Assembly (NCBI GenBank): GCA_002793855.1
Contig: PFET01000001.1
Location: forward strand, 19,520 to 83,519
Source of the DNA: Candidatus Uhrbacteria bacterium CG10_big_fil_rev_8_21_14_0_10_48_11
GTDB taxonomy: Bacteria > Patescibacteriota > Patescibacteriia > GWA2-46-9
Direction of reading: 5' to 3'
Length of the DNA: 64,000 nt
Part shown: positions 22,401 through 30,405 of the stretch, one piece after another
Layout: the number at the start of each line of letters is the position of its first letter
Numbering within the stretch: position 1 is the first letter of the stretch
The notes under the pieces: model-generated
What the model was told of the DNA's origin: nothing
The model's database searches: none
The model's input: only the letters and a program-made list of their open reading frames with translations
Position numbers and translations under genes: made by a program

Positions 22401-25140
22401 ACGGCGTACAAGCCGCTTGATCGGCATTTGCATCGGGCGCATCTGTTGCCAAACCGTTTGGACGACAACTGCCAACATCGCCGGTCAAGGATTGATAACT
22501 AGCATCTGTTTTTGAACGATAATCAGGTGCCCGTTTTAAACGGGTCAACGAGGCACCATACGTTGTAAAAGTTGTTGGTGTTTGCCCGACGGTCAGCTCA
22601 ACAGCATCAAAGTCAACACCGGCAGATAACTGTAAGGTAAGGTTGAGACTGTCGGGTAAGGTTGTATCGTTCGCCGCAAAAGTCTTCGTTACTGAGTAGC
22701 GCGTCCAAGTATCAATAAGCGGCTGATCCAGACTGGTAAATGAGGGAGAGGCGTCGCTTCCGACCAAGCTGTACGCAATACGTCCATCGCCACTAAGGGA
22801 TTGCTTGGCGTAAAAACTAAAACCAATGGTTTGCCCAGCAAGTGGTCCGGTAAGCACCGCCTTTTGTGTAAGACTTGCGTTGTCCACATTGCTATGCAAG
22901 TAGCGCGTGCCATTAAACGGAGTGTCGGTTCCTATCCCAACCGCTGTACTATCATAGAGCCACCCTTTTGCCGAGCTGTCAGCTTCTGAAACAACCGTCT
23001 CAAAACTGGGGTTACGCAATAGGTTACTCTGTGGAGCAGTTGCTACCTTGTTACTCGTTCTGATAAAGGCACGGCAACCGTCATCTTTTTGGTCACACCC
23101 TTTCACCTGACCATTCAGATACAGCACGTCCGCATCCGCGGTACTCCACTTATTGTTACCAAGATCTTTTGTACTATAGAGTTTGCAACCAACCGAACCG
23201 GCATCGCAGCCGTTGAAATCAACAGTATTTAATAAATAAGAAACAGTAGCGCCAGATTCGGTATTGGAAAGCGTGGTACAACTGGAAAACTGAGGCTGAC
23301 ATTGCGCCTTACCAAAATCCCATACGCGCTTCTCTTCTGTGCAATAGCCATAGAACTGACAGTTGCCATTTGCATCGCGCTGTACGCAGGTTTGTTCATC
23401 TGCGCAGTAGTTTGCATCACGCGTAACCACAACCGCTGGCGGCACATCACCCGGCGAAACATACTGACCATCGCCGTCGATGTCAGTACCCTTCGTTACA
23501 GTTTGCGATATAACTTTTGGACCGGGTCCTTGTAACTTACAAAAGGCATCCGGCGGCACCAACGTCCAATTTGGATCGACAAGGTGGTAGAAAGGGTTTG
23601 GTTTTTCTGTGGTCGGAACCGTATCGTAAGCGGTCACCAACTGACGAAGCGTAATTCGTTCTTGACCAAAATATTGAATGTACCGCGCGGCAAGCTCCCA
23701 TCCAACCGGTACGATACGATACTTTCTCAAGATCAAGATAGATCGGTACGGAACACCGTCAATGTAACTCGGCTCAATTGGCTGTGGGTTCCAACCGACA
23801 AAACCAAAAGGCGCGTCGCCGTTGATGAGTCCTTGGTCAATCGCCTCTTTAACGGTTAGCCGTTGAGAAATTGCAGTCCGGAAATTGTCATTAATGACAC
23901 AATCTGTCGGTCCTGGGTTGGTATCATTGTCGCAACTAACCAGTTTCGAAAGAATATCGTACCGACCGGGGGTGCTAAAATTCGGTCGAATGTCTTGCGC
24001 TAATCGAGCGCGCGCACCTAATACTCCTTCACCTTGTGCCTGCGCCTCGTAATTACTTAGATTGGCATTACTGTGCCCACCACTACTGCCACCGGTGAAG
24101 CCTTGGGACAGCAAATTTCTAAGCAGTCCGCCGGCAAGCGCCTTAGTAAAGGTATCAACGGCATCAGCAATAACATTGCCAGTAAACGATAGCTCCCCTT
24201 GCTGTGTTGTGCCAAAAACTTCTTGCCATACCACGCGTACCGCTGTACCAGGCAACGTGATGATATCGCTTGTCCCCTTGGTAACATTTGAAAATCCGCC
24301 ATTCGTTAGTCGGTCTAGCATTGCGTTCTGTTTCGCTTCCGCTTTTCGCGACAATAAATTTGTTTGTAAGGTTAGCGCAACGCTAAGATCACTCTCTCCT
24401 GGATTAAATGACTCGCTAAAAGTAGGAAGGAAACTCTTGCTGGTAATAAACTGCTCCCAATTATTTTTTAGCGTACTAAAGGTACACTTTGGACGTGATT
24501 GAAAAGTATCGGTAAGTCCCAAATTAATGGCAATTTGAATAGAGGCACTGGGCGCACATAAATTAAGACCTTCCAGAATGCCTCCTGATCCGGCAAGGCC
24601 TGTCGTACCCCCTTGCCACGTACAACCCCCAGCGGGCACATTTGAACCTTGCACACAGGCTTCCAAAGTGTTGACCCCAGGTCGAGATACGAGTGCGCCA
24701 TTACCATTTCGACATTCACAGGTACCCCCTTGTCCGCTGATCATTCCGTCCAAAAAAACACCGGCGGCTTGATCAATGCTATTGGCAAGATATGCTCCCC
24801 ATCCTTCGGTCACAAAAAGGGGCTTTTGCCCGTGACCGCCGCTGGCAATCCATGTTGCGGTATCTTGCGCAATTTGATTGAGTAAAAATTTAACCCCTTG
24901 TCGAAAAGAAAGTGCCGCTGACTCTTTCAAACTTGCGACTAACTTATTCCAACTAAAATCTTCTAAGTGACTTTTTTGATCTTGTATATATGCCTTAATA
25001 TCGTAGGTTGGCACAGAATCAAGAAGCGGTGCTTGTGCTAAGACTTGCTGTATCTGTAAGCCAAAAACAAAAGATAATGCCAACAGCACTGACAAGATAT
25101 ACCGTTTCTTTATTTTTTTTATTTTGGTGTTCTCGCTCAT
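16405..25140 (-). CDS. Giant (2911 aa) Cys-rich secreted/surface protein with carbohydrate-binding-like and PKD-like modules
   Basis: Signal peptide; repeated C..D.DC motifs; NLLRNPSFE, LLINGSF and LVNANFE (CBM4/9-like starts); C-terminal VDWGDG. Confidence 0.85.
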   Translation of the reverse strand: MSENTKIKKIKKRYILSVLLALSFVFGLQIQQVLAQAPLLDSVPTYDIKAYIQDQKSHLEDFSWNKLVASLKESAALSFRQGVKFLLNQIAQDTATWIASGGHGQKPLFVTEGWGAYLANSIDQAAGVFLDGMISGQGGTCECRNGNGALVSRPGVNTLEACVQGSNVPAGGCTWQGGTTGLAGSGGILEGLNLCAPSASIQIAINLGLTDTFQSRPKCTFSTLKNNWEQFITSKSFLPTFSESFNPGESDLSVALTLQTNLLSRKAEAKQNAMLDRLTNGGFSNVTKGTSDIITLPGTAVRVVWQEVFGTTQQGELSFTGNVIADAVDTFTKALAGGLLRNLLSQGFTGGSSGGHSNANLSNYEAQAQGEGVLGARARLAQDIRPNFSTPGRYDILSKLVSCDNDTNPGPTDCVINDNFRTAISQRLTVKEAIDQGLINGDAPFGFVGWNPQPIEPSYIDGVPYRSILILRKYRIVPVGWELAARYIQYFGQERITLRQLVTAYDTVPTTEKPNPFYHLVDPNWTLVPPDAFCKLQGPGPKVISQTVTKGTDIDGDGQYVSPGDVPPAVVVTRDANYCADEQTCVQRDANGNCQFYGYCTEEKRVWDFGKAQCQPQFSSCTTLSNTESGATVSYLLNTVDFNGCDAGSVGCKLYSTKDLGNNKWSTADADVLYLNGQVKGCDQKDDGCRAFIRTSNKVATAPQSNLLRNPSFETVVSEADSSAKGWLYDSTAVGIGTDTPFNGTRYLHSNVDNASLTQKAVLTGPLAGQTIGFSFYAKQSLSGDGRIAYSLVGSDASPSFTSLDQPLIDTWTRYSVTKTFAANDTTLPDSLNLTLQLSAGVDFDAVELTVGQTPTTFTTYGASLTRLKRAPDYRSKTDASYQSLTGDVGSCRPNGLATDAPDANADQAACTPYARYCLPAEVGCRSYTPANGTATVTAVSGQSCPTECVGFDTYTQTATFFEKPKFVDLIPATGQSCPAAAVGCDEFTNLDKETSGGEAREYYQQVQFCQKPGGTDSGTFYTWEGSDETGFQLRVFQLKKTEATNPSGFSTTAGSTGNDLAAPCTHINWSSDGISASCSDTSNAGDTAWRTCNENTYQSNPDCRQFYNETGQISYRLLSKTVSVTDSCHPLRKTDSNQQDCANSNGWWNTSIQVCIYQAVPNGGRQCSAAVAGCREYRGGTSASYRTVLNDTFEKGTAEWSGGQLSAVSSVVGGHSYEITEAVAEKAVTVNAGSSTSGTSGTIAPATYVVTFWARTQTGTATAAISAAISGNGVTNGTLVTDALLTSEWRQIKSDPVSIAVSASDAVTTLAITPSGTGKVFIDNIELKTTTDTHYLVKNSWRTPLSCYSNDAARQPFLGCQQYQVSDGSSKDVWQFGAACHAKVVGCEAVIDTQNTTVGGDAPFARSFNDAEDNSLITVPADSVDYLVNDPTKTCKTEAQGCQALGKVDRSIKANTALALETLKCAAGGSCLPDLRSKLLAAGYNSLVAKFDAGTLAASDAQRILRDALGDSATPWSSVYLKNNPDDYGVILCKLDQLQCSAFKDAAGSVYYFRDPGDQTCEYHTDRPVSGWYKKDSSATSPDCNRTITNTTVPRVQIAGSTAQEPIAGYVGTCPVQQNSCKEIVDPRSDGTRDLLINGSFIASDGTTPRSWTSIASPSTTYHYNQNLNTLTISSGGFEQSNVTLRKRTLYVLSAEAEAVSGSLAANAYLGIQCPGSSLSIQGSPYTFIEPTKKDSFDRFSVSFYVKNTDDVENCSVRVGQAHDLLPSNVSGEFATGAVKTRNVSLREASIHYELVDQLDTASCAGTVNNANCVLASFQTSYKSPIVNTYDADMSPLGDTKTPNGTTRTEYSCVGADQATGTSGICRGTVGLSCTADSDCQFQRDSNLLVKVQPSRECGSWLACKTARTVTRNSVRRNICLAVEGCEQLDDKGQCIRTTLDEPDKDLTYAASTVDQLKDRSGYSSVGFNWGNVCSNNSSTSCTTDADCGSGKCTPRLLQGYISPGYMEQVGQLALLVNANFEIPSTQGNAVSWVGWGNGQNFRVINNPVSAQSVGILYPREGRAFLEVNANHKVPDVPQFIDDSLAPNLANYSGTINVAGEADYILSADVNTVHFSGKSAGIRVFQYKTNGDLVPCNTAGTCKFLALLDTGAGFDWTTKVDKFTTDEDTRYIRLQFGWFAKGGSTENSSGNWYVDDIKLQPALEYRRNEYRYCSNNVTKLCQVDDDCGAGNTCDILHVDPDFPNVDYENGIETLDYSYASQSCRLYPEETSLSCQYNDDNGLRHRGKLGYCLTPDPQNSSNCLQWWPVDNIIGEDTEQDHVGYQGPIPLYQCLDVVDGWATLLHSSVGASTVPDYTGGKKSPAVPTDTFSHFKIDKHGQQTEYNGGKIDKTEKVVFDLYRNADSTTEGYAVGGLVDKPGKCDANYHAVDSATPLIHAGCEIRVWMENNKGGDGDDKYKIYVSKDLSSLYYINEWCESAACPPSLGNRPSPDQANNGWAEMWADVAWAVDSNGNRIPGPFRYLIIESLSSDDYITPLGLWARPSFSCNAVMQTVGSAGQNRAYASRVTPGSQASIKVGRGTSYESSAEDNYEYKVTTDSPPFGSVVPPFPADDPLAWDSTTFVGVQPLFAEPSASSTSTSQARAGGPYSCHPINSLLIGTYKPLFSSQCSSSGAMLNEIQESTYADGLTKAVKVLQQLFVQSYGVWEWQSTPDGYRYVETGSKELIVPTEQCGSGPTLNVRVGSEICGVVPAIPVVELSGAANTITKVGSVTLSFTAIANPEQEPIVRYIVDWGDGSRTVQTGLKFASHPSDQNPISLVHSYSYDDVARCVKEGSCAKTTTIVNGIYQVTPRVQILDNWGWCNGAYASTGNSNPLFGQTGYNELNTDGRGDCSASHAAAWQSSGDAITISQ

Positions 25141-25146
25141 AATTGC

Positions 25147-25887
25147 CTATTGCTGGGCGTTAAGCTGATCGAGCGTCTGCTGATAGAGCTTTAACAAGTC
25201 AGCGTCTGAGAGCTTACTAAGCGTTGCTTCGTCGACACCGTTTTGTCGCAAGAGATCTCGAATTTGACTTGGTGAAAGATTTTGTAACTCTTTTGGTGTC
25301 TGGGTAGAGCCTGAAGCTGCCGTCCCACTTTGTGCAGCCAAGGCCTGTTGGTAGCTAGCGACAATTTGCTCATCGGTTAAACCTGCAATTTCTTGTTCGG
25401 ACGCACCTGCCTGACGTAGCGCTGTCCGAAGTTCGTCTGGAGTTGGCGTTGCGGTGGTGCCGGGAATTGATGGTAGCGACGGTGCTGTTGTAGTTTGATT
25501 GGTTCCAGCGGTGTCTGTCGAACCGATAAGCGAGCAATTTTGACCAGTTGGGCAATTAGGATCCGTCCCATTGGCAATTTCTTGCCCGTCACTTATCCCG
25601 TCAGAGTCAGAATCGGCCAAATAGGGGCTGGTGTGATAAATGTTTATTTCGTCACTGTCATAGAGACCGTCTCCGTCAGTGTCTACTTTGGCAACAGCGG
25701 AATTGTCGTTAGAAGCAAAAAGATCAGTCGCTGTAGTTTTGACCGCGTAAGGTCCATAAACTGTCCGGCGGAGACTAATGCCTCCTAAAACAATCGCACT
25801 TGCGCCTATAATAAAAACAGTCGCCAAAAGAAGGCCTCTGGTACGCCCTGAAATTTGACCGGTAGTAGTACTCTTAAAATCAAACAT
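25147..25887 (-). CDS. Membrane-anchored protein with DxDxDG Ca-binding repeats
   Basis: N-terminal TM; DTDGDGLYDSDE and DSDSDGISDGQE; two C-terminal helical repeats. Confidence 0.8.
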   Translation of the reverse strand: MFDFKSTTTGQISGRTRGLLLATVFIIGASAIVLGGISLRRTVYGPYAVKTTATDLFASNDNSAVAKVDTDGDGLYDSDEINIYHTSPYLADSDSDGISDGQEIANGTDPNCPTGQNCSLIGSTDTAGTNQTTTAPSLPSIPGTTATPTPDELRTALRQAGASEQEIAGLTDEQIVASYQQALAAQSGTAASGSTQTPKELQNLSPSQIRDLLRQNGVDEATLSKLSDADLLKLYQQTLDQLNAQQ

Positions 25888-25932
25888 TGGAGACTAGATA
25901 ATCTCGCGTGTGATAGGTTCTAAAGTTTGTTA

Positions 25933-25962
25933 ATTATAGCAGAGAACGACACGCAAAGTCAA
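25933..25962 (-). promoter_or_regulatory. sigma70-type promoter heading the T4SS-like operon
   Basis: Minus strand TTGACT-18 bp-TATAAT with extended -10 TG. Confidence 0.65.
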
Positions 25963-26030
25963 AGAGAATGGCACTAAACCGTTCTCTTTGTATTTTTAAC
26001 CTCTATCGTTCTAAAAATATCTACAAAAAA

Positions 26031-26408
26031 CTAGTACGCCCACCACTTTGTTGCCTGAAATGCCGAACCGGGAACACCAAAACCAATAATCCAACCACCT
26101 GGACGTGGTGTCGGAAGACCGCCGGCTTTTGTTAAAGGGTCGACGGCAACAAAATTCTGCGAACCAAGACCAGAAGTTACTTGGTATGGGGATACATATC
26201 CCCAAGGGGTACAAGGATTGGCTGGCGGTTCAGTACACGTTACAATGGCGTCAACGCGCTGATAAAAAGGGACACCATACGCTTGACCGTTCGCCACCTT
26301 TACCCCAACCGCAACAACCACAACGAGCACAATGAGTGCCCCGACCGATACCCGGTTTAACTTTTGCTCCCATTTTTTAGTCAAAATATTCATATTAAAA
26401 TGATACAA
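26031..26408 (-). CDS. Hypothetical exported protein
   Basis: 125-aa ORF with N-terminal hydrophobic helix. Confidence 0.6.
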   Translation of the reverse strand: MYHFNMNILTKKWEQKLNRVSVGALIVLVVVVAVGVKVANGQAYGVPFYQRVDAIVTCTEPPANPCTPWGYVSPYQVTSGLGSQNFVAVDPLTKAGGLPTPRPGGWIIGFGVPGSAFQATKWWAY

Positions 26409-26420
26409 CAGAATAAACCC

Positions 26421-27257
26421 TTAAGCAATACGACCGAAGTTAAGCGCTAGTTGATGCCATGCTTCAATCGACAGCTCTTGGGCGCGTGCTTTTTCATTGA
26501 TACCTATCTTTTTAAAGAGTGCTACCATCTCTGCTTGCGGTAACGGAAATGCGGCGGCTAAATTATTGCGCAGCTGTTTTCGTTTTTGCGCAAACCCAAC
26601 CTTAACCACGCGCCAAAAAAACTTCTCTTCTACATCACCAAAAGGAAACAGATGCACGTTGTCAATTTGCAGTAGCACACTATCAACCGCTGGAGCCGGC
26701 AAAAAAGAGAGACGAGATACAATGCGAACAATGCGCGGCTCGGCGTAGAGTTGAACACTAATACCGAGCATACTCAGGTCCCCAGGTTTGGCAACAATGC
26801 GCTCCCCCACTTCTCGCTGCACGAGAAGCGTCATAGTAGCTGGCGAAAGGTCGTCGACAAGAAATTTTCTTAAAATTGATGCGGTGATGTGATAGGGAAT
26901 ATTTGCAACAACAACATAGGGCAAAACAATGCCAAACTTTGTTACCGGACCCGCCAAGACATCCGCATGGACAACCTGAACATTGCTAGCAGTGTCAAAT
27001 CTTTTTCGTAGTACCCCAACAAGCGCATCGTCAATTTCTATGGTCACCACTTGCCCCGCCGCTACCGCCAAACGTTCGGTCAAGGTACCAAGTCCTGCGC
27101 CAACTTCTAGTACTGTTGTACTGGTCGTCAGCTGCGCAACTTCGACAATATCATCGTACACTTGGTCGTCAATAAGAAAATTCTGACTGCGACGAGCGTT
27201 TGCACTAAGCTGATACTCTTTTAAAAGAGCGGTGATGGTCGTTTGGCTTTTTGACAT
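26421..27257 (-). CDS. rsmA: 16S rRNA m6,2A dimethyltransferase KsgA/RsmA
   Basis: QNFLID, EVGAGLG, VANIPYHIT, QKRKQLRN; ATG at 27257. Confidence 0.95.
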   Translation of the reverse strand: MSKSQTTITALLKEYQLSANARRSQNFLIDDQVYDDIVEVAQLTTSTTVLEVGAGLGTLTERLAVAAGQVVTIEIDDALVGVLRKRFDTASNVQVVHADVLAGPVTKFGIVLPYVVVANIPYHITASILRKFLVDDLSPATMTLLVQREVGERIVAKPGDLSMLGISVQLYAEPRIVRIVSRLSFLPAPAVDSVLLQIDNVHLFPFGDVEEKFFWRVVKVGFAQKRKQLRNNLAAAFPLPQAEMVALFKKIGINEKARAQELSIEAWHQLALNFGRIA

Positions 27258-27268
27258 ATACTCTACCC

Positions 27269-27874
27269 TCAAAGCAAAGAAGACAAAATGCGAACCGAAC
27301 CCTGACGAAGCACTGTGCAAGTAGTATCTAGGACGCGAACAATGGTCGACGGAAGTACCCGCGGCAGTGTGCCTGATTCTAGAAAAAAAATAGTTTCATC
27401 TAGTGGCGCAAATGCCTCAACAACAGCGCGCTCGGTGTAGCTATCTTTGCCACTACTTATATTGGCACTAGTTGCGGTAATGACACCTCCTGCCAATGCG
27501 GCAATAGTTGTTGCCTGCTTACCAGAAGACACTCTAATGGCAAGCGAACCGTCACGAGAGCCTAACCGACCAGCAGTACGTTTACTTTTTGCTGGCAAAA
27601 TAAGGGTAAGCGGTCCCGGCCAATACTTTTTTGCAATGGTAAGTGCCTTAGGTGAAAAACGGACGTAGCGCTCAGCGTCAGCAAACGAGGCGGCAATGAG
27701 GGACAGCGGCTTTGCTTTTGCTCTCCCTTTTATGCTAAACACTTTTTCGACCGCTTTTTTGGTTGTTGGGTCAGCACCAAGACCATAACTGGTTTCTGTT
27801 GGGTAGGCCACGAGATCCCCCGCACGAAGATGCTGGGCGGCACTTTGAACAGAACGAACAGCAACAACCGACAT
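27269..27874 (-). CDS. tsaC: Threonylcarbamoyl-AMP synthase TsaC/YrdC
   Basis: YPTETSYGL, KGR, WPGPLT, TSANISS; ATG at 27874 right after the leuS stop. Confidence 0.93.
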   Translation of the reverse strand: MSVVAVRSVQSAAQHLRAGDLVAYPTETSYGLGADPTTKKAVEKVFSIKGRAKAKPLSLIAASFADAERYVRFSPKALTIAKKYWPGPLTLILPAKSKRTAGRLGSRDGSLAIRVSSGKQATTIAALAGGVITATSANISSGKDSYTERAVVEAFAPLDETIFFLESGTLPRVLPSTIVRVLDTTCTVLRQGSVRILSSLL

Positions 27875-27875
27875 A

Positions 27876-30404
27876 CTATTCTTCGACAACAAAGTTGATG
27901 AGCTTCCCTTTTCTGACAATTGTTTTACGAATCGTTTTACCCTCTAGCCAGCGGGCGACGTTACTATTTTCTCGGGCGGCAATACGGTACGCTTCTTCGG
28001 AAACATTGGTAGCCATAGTAACCGTACCGCGTAATTTTCCATTTACCTGTACGGCGACTACCGCACTTGCATCCTCAAGGTCTGCCTCATTGTACGTCGG
28101 CCATGGCATATCCCAAATCAAAGTTTTGTCGTCGGCTAATTGCTGCCACAACTCGGCAGTAAGGTGGGGGGCGAATGGCCGCAAGAGAAGCAAAAAAGTT
28201 TTTAGCGTAGGCAAGTCGACGGGTGTTTTTGTTGCTTCTTGTTCATACGCATAGTTTATAAACTCCATCATTGCGGCTACCGCAGTATTAAACCGGAAGA
28301 GTTCGATATCTTCTCCGACTTTTTTGACAAGCTTAGCGAGGCGACGATTTGTTTCAGTTGATGCTACGCCACGGTTTGGCTCTTCGGTGTACGCACCAAA
28401 GGCATACCATACGCGATCAAGAAAACGTCGGACGCCGCTAATGCCTTGCGTATTCCACGGGACAGTATCCGCAAATGGGCCAATAAATAGTTCATAGGTT
28501 CGCATAGTATCTGCGCCATAGGTGGCAACAACCTCATCGGGGTTTACCACGTTACCGCGCGACTTAGACATCTTCTGACCGTCTTCTGCTAAAATCATGC
28601 CGTGGGAGGTGCGCTTGGCATAAGGTTCCGCAGTTGGTACAACGCCAATATCAAACAAAAACTTGTGCCAAAAACGTGAATAGAGAAGATGCAGGGTTGT
28701 GTGCTCCATGCCGCCGTTATACCAATCAACCCCACCGTCGCACGTTGTGCGTTGGGAGGGCGAGCCGGCTTGGCATAGCCAGTAACGTAATTTCTTCATC
28801 GAGGCTAGTTCCTTCTCGTTCTTTGGATCGGCGTAACGCAAGTAGTACCAAGAACTCCCCGCCCAGTTGGGCATGGTATCAGTTTCTCTTTCTGCCGCAC
28901 CGCCACAGCTAGGGCAGGTCGTCTCTACCCACTCACGAATAGCAGCTAGTGGTGATTCGCCAGTATCGGTTGGCTGGTAGCGTTCAACCTCTGGCAGTGT
29001 CACGGGTAATGCTTCCTCAGAAACCGGCACCCAGTCACACTTTTGACAATGCACCATTGGAATGGGCTCGCCCCAATACCGCTGACGCGAGAATACCCAA
29101 TCGCGAAGTTTATACTGCACCTTCTCCTTAGCGCCAATCGCCTCGGCTATTTTTTTTCTCGCTTCACTGGTTGATAGTGAATCAAAATCTTTAGAATTAA
29201 TAAGAAACCCTTCGCCGGCATAAACAGCTGGACTATGATCTGAAAGCTCAAGTGTTTGCAACTCCCCGTCGGTAACTCCTCTAAGTTGCCCTAAACTTGG
29301 TACAACCACATCAATAATCGGTAGTTTATATTTTTCGGCAAATGCCCTGTCGCGCTCGTCATGCGCCGGCACGGCCATGATGGCACCGGTTCCGTAACTG
29401 CCGAGCACGTAGTCGGCAACCCAAACCGGTAACTCCTCGTCGGTGAGTGGATGTACAGCTTTCAGTCCGGTATCGACACCGGTTTTTTCCGCTGTTTCGG
29501 TTCGTTCAAGTTCACGTTTTCTAAGGCTGTCCACGATATAATTGCGAACATCATCCCCCGCCTGCCAGCCGATGTCCATCCAAAACTTTGCCGTTTCCGG
29601 AGACACGACAATAAAGGTAGCTCCGTAGATGGTATCGAGGCGCGTCGTAAAGACACGCACCTCATGCTTATCATTTTCTTGACCAGGAATGCCGCGCAAT
29701 TTAAAAGCAAACTCTGCGCCCTCGCTTTTGCCTATCCAATTTTCTTGCTGGGTACGAATGCGCGGTGCGTAGTCGACCGTTTCGAGATCGTCAAGCAAAC
29801 GCTCGGCGTAGGCCGTGATTTTGAGCATCCACTGCTCTTTCTCTCGCTGCTCTACCGCAGTACCGCACCGTTCGCACTTGCCATCAACTACCTCTTCGTG
29901 TGCCAAACCAATTTTACAAGAAGGGCACCAGTTAATGGTTGCCTTAGCTTTGTAGGCAAGGTCATGCTTCACTAGTTGCAAAAAAATCCATTGCGTCCAC
30001 TTGTAATAGCTTGGGTCGCTCGTGATAACCTCGCGAGACCAATCAAAAGCATAGCCTAAGCTTTTCAGCTGACGCCGAAAATTTTCTATATTCTTTTTGG
30101 TAATCACCGAAGGATGCTGACCGGTTTTGATGGCATAATTTTCCGCAGGCAGCCCAAAGGCGTCAAACCCCATTGGGAACAGTACGTTCTCTCCGTCGGC
30201 GCGGCGTTTGCGAGCAAGCACATCCATCGCCGTGTACGAGCGAGGATGTCCGACGTGCAACCCTTCGCCCGAGGGATACGGAAACTCAACCAAGAGGTAC
30301 GTTTTTTTCTTTTGTTCGTCCTCGGTTACTTGAAAGGTATTGGTTCTTTCCCAGTACTCTTGCCACTTTGAATCAATTGCTTTGTGGTCAAACGGTATTG
30401 GCAT
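27876..30404 (-). CDS. leuS: Leucine--tRNA ligase
   Basis: FPYPSG, HVGH, KMSKS, editing domain GTGAIMAVPAHD. Confidence 0.98.
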   Translation of the reverse strand: MPIPFDHKAIDSKWQEYWERTNTFQVTEDEQKKKTYLLVEFPYPSGEGLHVGHPRSYTAMDVLARKRRADGENVLFPMGFDAFGLPAENYAIKTGQHPSVITKKNIENFRRQLKSLGYAFDWSREVITSDPSYYKWTQWIFLQLVKHDLAYKAKATINWCPSCKIGLAHEEVVDGKCERCGTAVEQREKEQWMLKITAYAERLLDDLETVDYAPRIRTQQENWIGKSEGAEFAFKLRGIPGQENDKHEVRVFTTRLDTIYGATFIVVSPETAKFWMDIGWQAGDDVRNYIVDSLRKRELERTETAEKTGVDTGLKAVHPLTDEELPVWVADYVLGSYGTGAIMAVPAHDERDRAFAEKYKLPIIDVVVPSLGQLRGVTDGELQTLELSDHSPAVYAGEGFLINSKDFDSLSTSEARKKIAEAIGAKEKVQYKLRDWVFSRQRYWGEPIPMVHCQKCDWVPVSEEALPVTLPEVERYQPTDTGESPLAAIREWVETTCPSCGGAAERETDTMPNWAGSSWYYLRYADPKNEKELASMKKLRYWLCQAGSPSQRTTCDGGVDWYNGGMEHTTLHLLYSRFWHKFLFDIGVVPTAEPYAKRTSHGMILAEDGQKMSKSRGNVVNPDEVVATYGADTMRTYELFIGPFADTVPWNTQGISGVRRFLDRVWYAFGAYTEEPNRGVASTETNRRLAKLVKKVGEDIELFRFNTAVAAMMEFINYAYEQEATKTPVDLPTLKTFLLLLRPFAPHLTAELWQQLADDKTLIWDMPWPTYNEADLEDASAVVAVQVNGKLRGTVTMATNVSEEAYRIAARENSNVARWLEGKTIRKTIVRKGKLINFVVEE

Positions 30405-30405
30405 A

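Noticed and set aside
6511-25887. Integrative conjugative element or prophage
   Set aside because: No integrase, relaxase, att repeats or phage genes; the region is continuous with housekeeping genes
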